36,204 nt of DNA from a virus (lineage: Duplodnaviria > Caudoviricetes), in IMG/VR virus record IMGVR_UViG_3300042366_000875, positions 1 to 36,204 of that record. One strand, given 5' to 3'. Below the pieces are notes generated by a model. It did no database searches, was not told the DNA's origin, and saw nothing but the letters and a program-made list of their open reading frames with translations. This document shows positions 33,726-36,204 of the stretch, piece by piece. How positions within the stretch are numbered: position 1 is the first letter of the stretch; each line of letters begins with the position of its first letter. A program made the position numbers and the translations under genes.

Positions 33726-35519
33726 GTGCCCGTCACCCGATGGAACCGGGCGCAACTCGTCGGGAAGCGCGTTCACTGGTTGCTTGATCTCACCTTCGCC
33801 GGGCGCGTGATCCGCTGCTCACACGAAGACGTAACGGTAACCAGTTCGAAACTCGGCGATCTTCAATACGCCGGGTGTCTCGAATCGTTCAACGTCGGGC
33901 TTTCGCTCGATCTCTTCGCCGACTCGGCTTCGCTGCTTTCGGTCAAGGTGGCGGGCGTGCTTCCGGTGAATGTGCCGAAGCTCGTAGCCGAAGGGCACGA
34001 TCTCGGCGCGGCTACGGGCGTGCTCTCGCAATGGATCGAAGGTACGCCCTACGAAGACCGGCGGATCGTGCTTCACGGGCGCGTGCGCGATCCCGAGTAC
34101 GCCGCCGAAGACGAGCCCGTGAACTTCGCGCTCGAAGACAACCTTTACGACGATCAAGGCTTGATCCCCGACGTTTCCGCCGCCGTCACCTTCGACACAT
34201 GGGGCGACGACGACGGCTCGGGCTACTTCTACTATACGACGCTCGGCGCGAGCGAGAAGGGGCTTAGCTACCCCGTCGTCTTCGGCAACCCCGGGAAGGT
34301 GGCGCTCGCGCTCTCGGCTTCGGGTTGGATCACGGGCAGTCAAGGCGTGTGGGTTTGGCACGGTAACTACGTCTCGGGTATCGGCTATTCGGGGCTTTGG
34401 TTGTTGATTGCCGGGCACCGGGTAACCGCCGAATTCGTTTACATGAACACGCCCGACTTTACGAGCGGCGAGCGCTTCCTTGTGAAGCATCGAAGCGACG
34501 GATTGGGGCGCGAGATCGCCTATATCGATTGGCGGGTGACGGATCCGCCCGCGCCCGACGCCTTCGGGCCCGTCGCCGACTCCGTAGGCAACTACTACGC
34601 GCTCGGCGCCCCGGCGCTTGACGCCAGCTTTCAACCCGACAACGGCGACGAGAACCCCGTCTTCGTGGGTTGGTTCGATCCGGTCAACCAAGACGGCGGC
34701 GGTATGAAGGGCGCCGACGGCAACACGGTACGCGGCGCGGGTGACGTGCTCGAAGCGGTCTTGAACTTCTCTTCAATGAAGATCGATCGCCCGAGGATCG
34801 CCGCCGTGAAGTCGCTCTTGAACCGCTTCAAGATCGACGCCGTGATCGAAGCTGGCGTAAAGCCGTGGGATTGGATCCGCGCCAACCTGCTACCGATCCT
34901 GCCCGTCTCCGTGCTCAAAGGGCCCGACGGGGTTTACTTCGTCGTGTGGCGGTACGACGCGACGAGCGCCGACGCCGTGGGGCACATTGACGCCGACGGC
35001 GACGCTTCGATCGAAGTCTCCGAAACGATCAAGTATGACACGTCGAAGATCCTAAACTCGTTCGCGTTGAAGTACGCGCTTTCACTCCGCACGGGCAACT
35101 ACTACGGCGCGGCAACGCTCGGCGCCAAGTACGACGCCAACACGCCGGGCGCGGGCGTCTCGTACCATTGCGAAGCGTCGCAACGCCGCTACCGCGATCC
35201 CGACGGCGGGCCGAACTCGGGTATCTACATCGAAGAGAGCGAGTCGCCCGTTATCTACGACGACGACACGGCAAACGCAGTTCTCGCGTGGCGAGCGCTC
35301 GCATTCGCGTTCGCCAAGCGCACGATCGAACTGCTCGTTCCCGAAGCCGATTGGGCGTGGCTCGAACGCGGGAACGTCGTACTCGTCTCCGTGTCGTGGC
35401 TCTACTTGTCGCGTCAACTCGCGCTCGTCGAAGAGATCGAGTCGGGCGACGACGGCTTGATCGGTCTTCGGCTGCTCTTGATCGAAGATCCGCCCCGCGA
35501 TAGTCGTACTACCTCGTAG
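33726..35519 (+). CDS. Tail tip or baseplate hub protein
   Basis: YPVVFG and C-terminal LERGNVV.V motifs common in hub proteins; position. Confidence 0.65.
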   Translation: MPVTRWNRAQLVGKRVHWLLDLTFAGRVIRCSHEDVTVTSSKLGDLQYAGCLESFNVGLSLDLFADSASLLSVKVAGVLPVNVPKLVAEGHDLGAATGVLSQWIEGTPYEDRRIVLHGRVRDPEYAAEDEPVNFALEDNLYDDQGLIPDVSAAVTFDTWGDDDGSGYFYYTTLGASEKGLSYPVVFGNPGKVALALSASGWITGSQGVWVWHGNYVSGIGYSGLWLLIAGHRVTAEFVYMNTPDFTSGERFLVKHRSDGLGREIAYIDWRVTDPPAPDAFGPVADSVGNYYALGAPALDASFQPDNGDENPVFVGWFDPVNQDGGGMKGADGNTVRGAGDVLEAVLNFSSMKIDRPRIAAVKSLLNRFKIDAVIEAGVKPWDWIRANLLPILPVSVLKGPDGVYFVVWRYDATSADAVGHIDADGDASIEVSETIKYDTSKILNSFALKYALSLRTGNYYGAATLGAKYDANTPGAGVSYHCEASQRRYRDPDGGPNSGIYIEESESPVIYDDDTANAVLAWRALAFAFAKRTIELLVPEADWAWLERGNVVLVSVSWLYLSRQLALVEEIESGDDGLIGLRLLLIEDPPRDSRTTS

Positions 35520-35527
35520 GAGTCGCC

Positions 35528-36193
35528 GTGTCTACAACTCGGATTCTCGGGCATCGGGGCGGGATCGCGGCGGTAACCGAAGACTCGTTGCACGTCTTGC
35601 CGCTCGGCGCGGATCTCGGCTCGAACGGCGCCTATCGACTACAGGCGGGCACGGGGCTTCTTGCGGGGGTAGCGGCGGGCTCGGCGACGGCGGGGCACGT
35701 CTTCGCCTTCCGTTGGGCACAAGCGGGCAAGTTCGCCGTAATCGAGCGCGCCGTAGCGAAATGGCGCACGATCGCGGGCTTCACGGCGGCGCAAGAAGTC
35801 GGGCTCGATCTCGTCGTTGCGCGCGGGTACGCTGCGCTTCACACGGGCGGAACGGCTATCCCGCTCGCGGGTGACGCCTTCAAGAAGCGCACGACGCACG
35901 GCACTTCGAACGCGAACGACGTTCGAATCGGCACTACCGCCGCGCTCTCGGCGCCGAACGGGCTCGTACTCTCGCAACTCGGCGCCGACGGCTTCGCCGA
36001 GCTTGCGGCGGGTATCACGACGCCGAAGGGCTTCTTCAATGTCGAATTCGCGCCCGAGTTCCCTACCTACCCGCTCGTCTTGGCGGCGGGCGAAGGCTTG
36101 ATCGTTCGCAACCTCGTAGCCATGGGCGCGGGCGGAACGGCGCGCGTCTACGTTGAAGTCGATTGGCGCGAAGTAGACGCCTACCCGCAATGA
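35528..36193 (+). CDS. Tail-associated beta-sandwich protein
   Basis: AGGAG RBS; C-terminal PLVLAAGEGLIVR...VEVDW.E; last gene of the tail module. Confidence 0.6.
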   Translation: MSTTRILGHRGGIAAVTEDSLHVLPLGADLGSNGAYRLQAGTGLLAGVAAGSATAGHVFAFRWAQAGKFAVIERAVAKWRTIAGFTAAQEVGLDLVVARGYAALHTGGTAIPLAGDAFKKRTTHGTSNANDVRIGTTAALSAPNGLVLSQLGADGFAELAAGITTPKGFFNVEFAPEFPTYPLVLAAGEGLIVRNLVAMGAGGTARVYVEVDWREVDAYPQ

Positions 36194-36204
36194 TCGCCCT
36201 GCTC
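36078..36204. repeat. Terminal direct repeat, second copy
   Basis: Identical to 1-127. Confidence 0.95.

Noticed and set aside
30397-36193. Diversity-generating retroelement or invertible tail-fibre cassette
   Set aside because: I saw no reverse transcriptase, invertase or template/variable repeat pair.

Overview
The window is an apparently complete, circularly assembled genome of a high-GC tailed dsDNA phage with a siphovirus-type gene set. It has 36,077 bp of unique sequence plus a 127-bp end overlap (1-127 = 36078-36204). Two arms diverge from an AT-rich, repeat-flanked non-coding region at about 14.7-15.1 kb, the likely origin. The leftward (minus) arm carries a primase-VapE helicase fusion, small early genes, a Cas4/RecB-like nuclease with a long extension, an adenine methyltransferase, an SF2 helicase, a degenerate HNH protein, an SSB-like protein, tRNA-Gln(UUG) and a family A DNA polymerase. 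The rightward (plus) arm carries a RuvC-like resolvase, terminases, portal, scaffold, major capsid, head-tail and tail genes, then a lipoprotein, a holin candidate and an M15 endolysin. I saw no integrase, CRISPR array or reverse transcriptase. The most interesting signals: (1) the single tRNA matches a CAA-biased codon usage that goes with apparent restriction-site avoidance; (2) a duplicated promoter/RBS cassette drives small unknown genes, with one copy antisense inside the head module; (3) the Cas4-like gene has an internal start and a tandem repeat; (4) a switch-like structured RNA sits directly 5' of the tRNA; (5) an HNH homologue has lost its catalytic residues. All product calls come from motif recognition by eye; no database searches were run.
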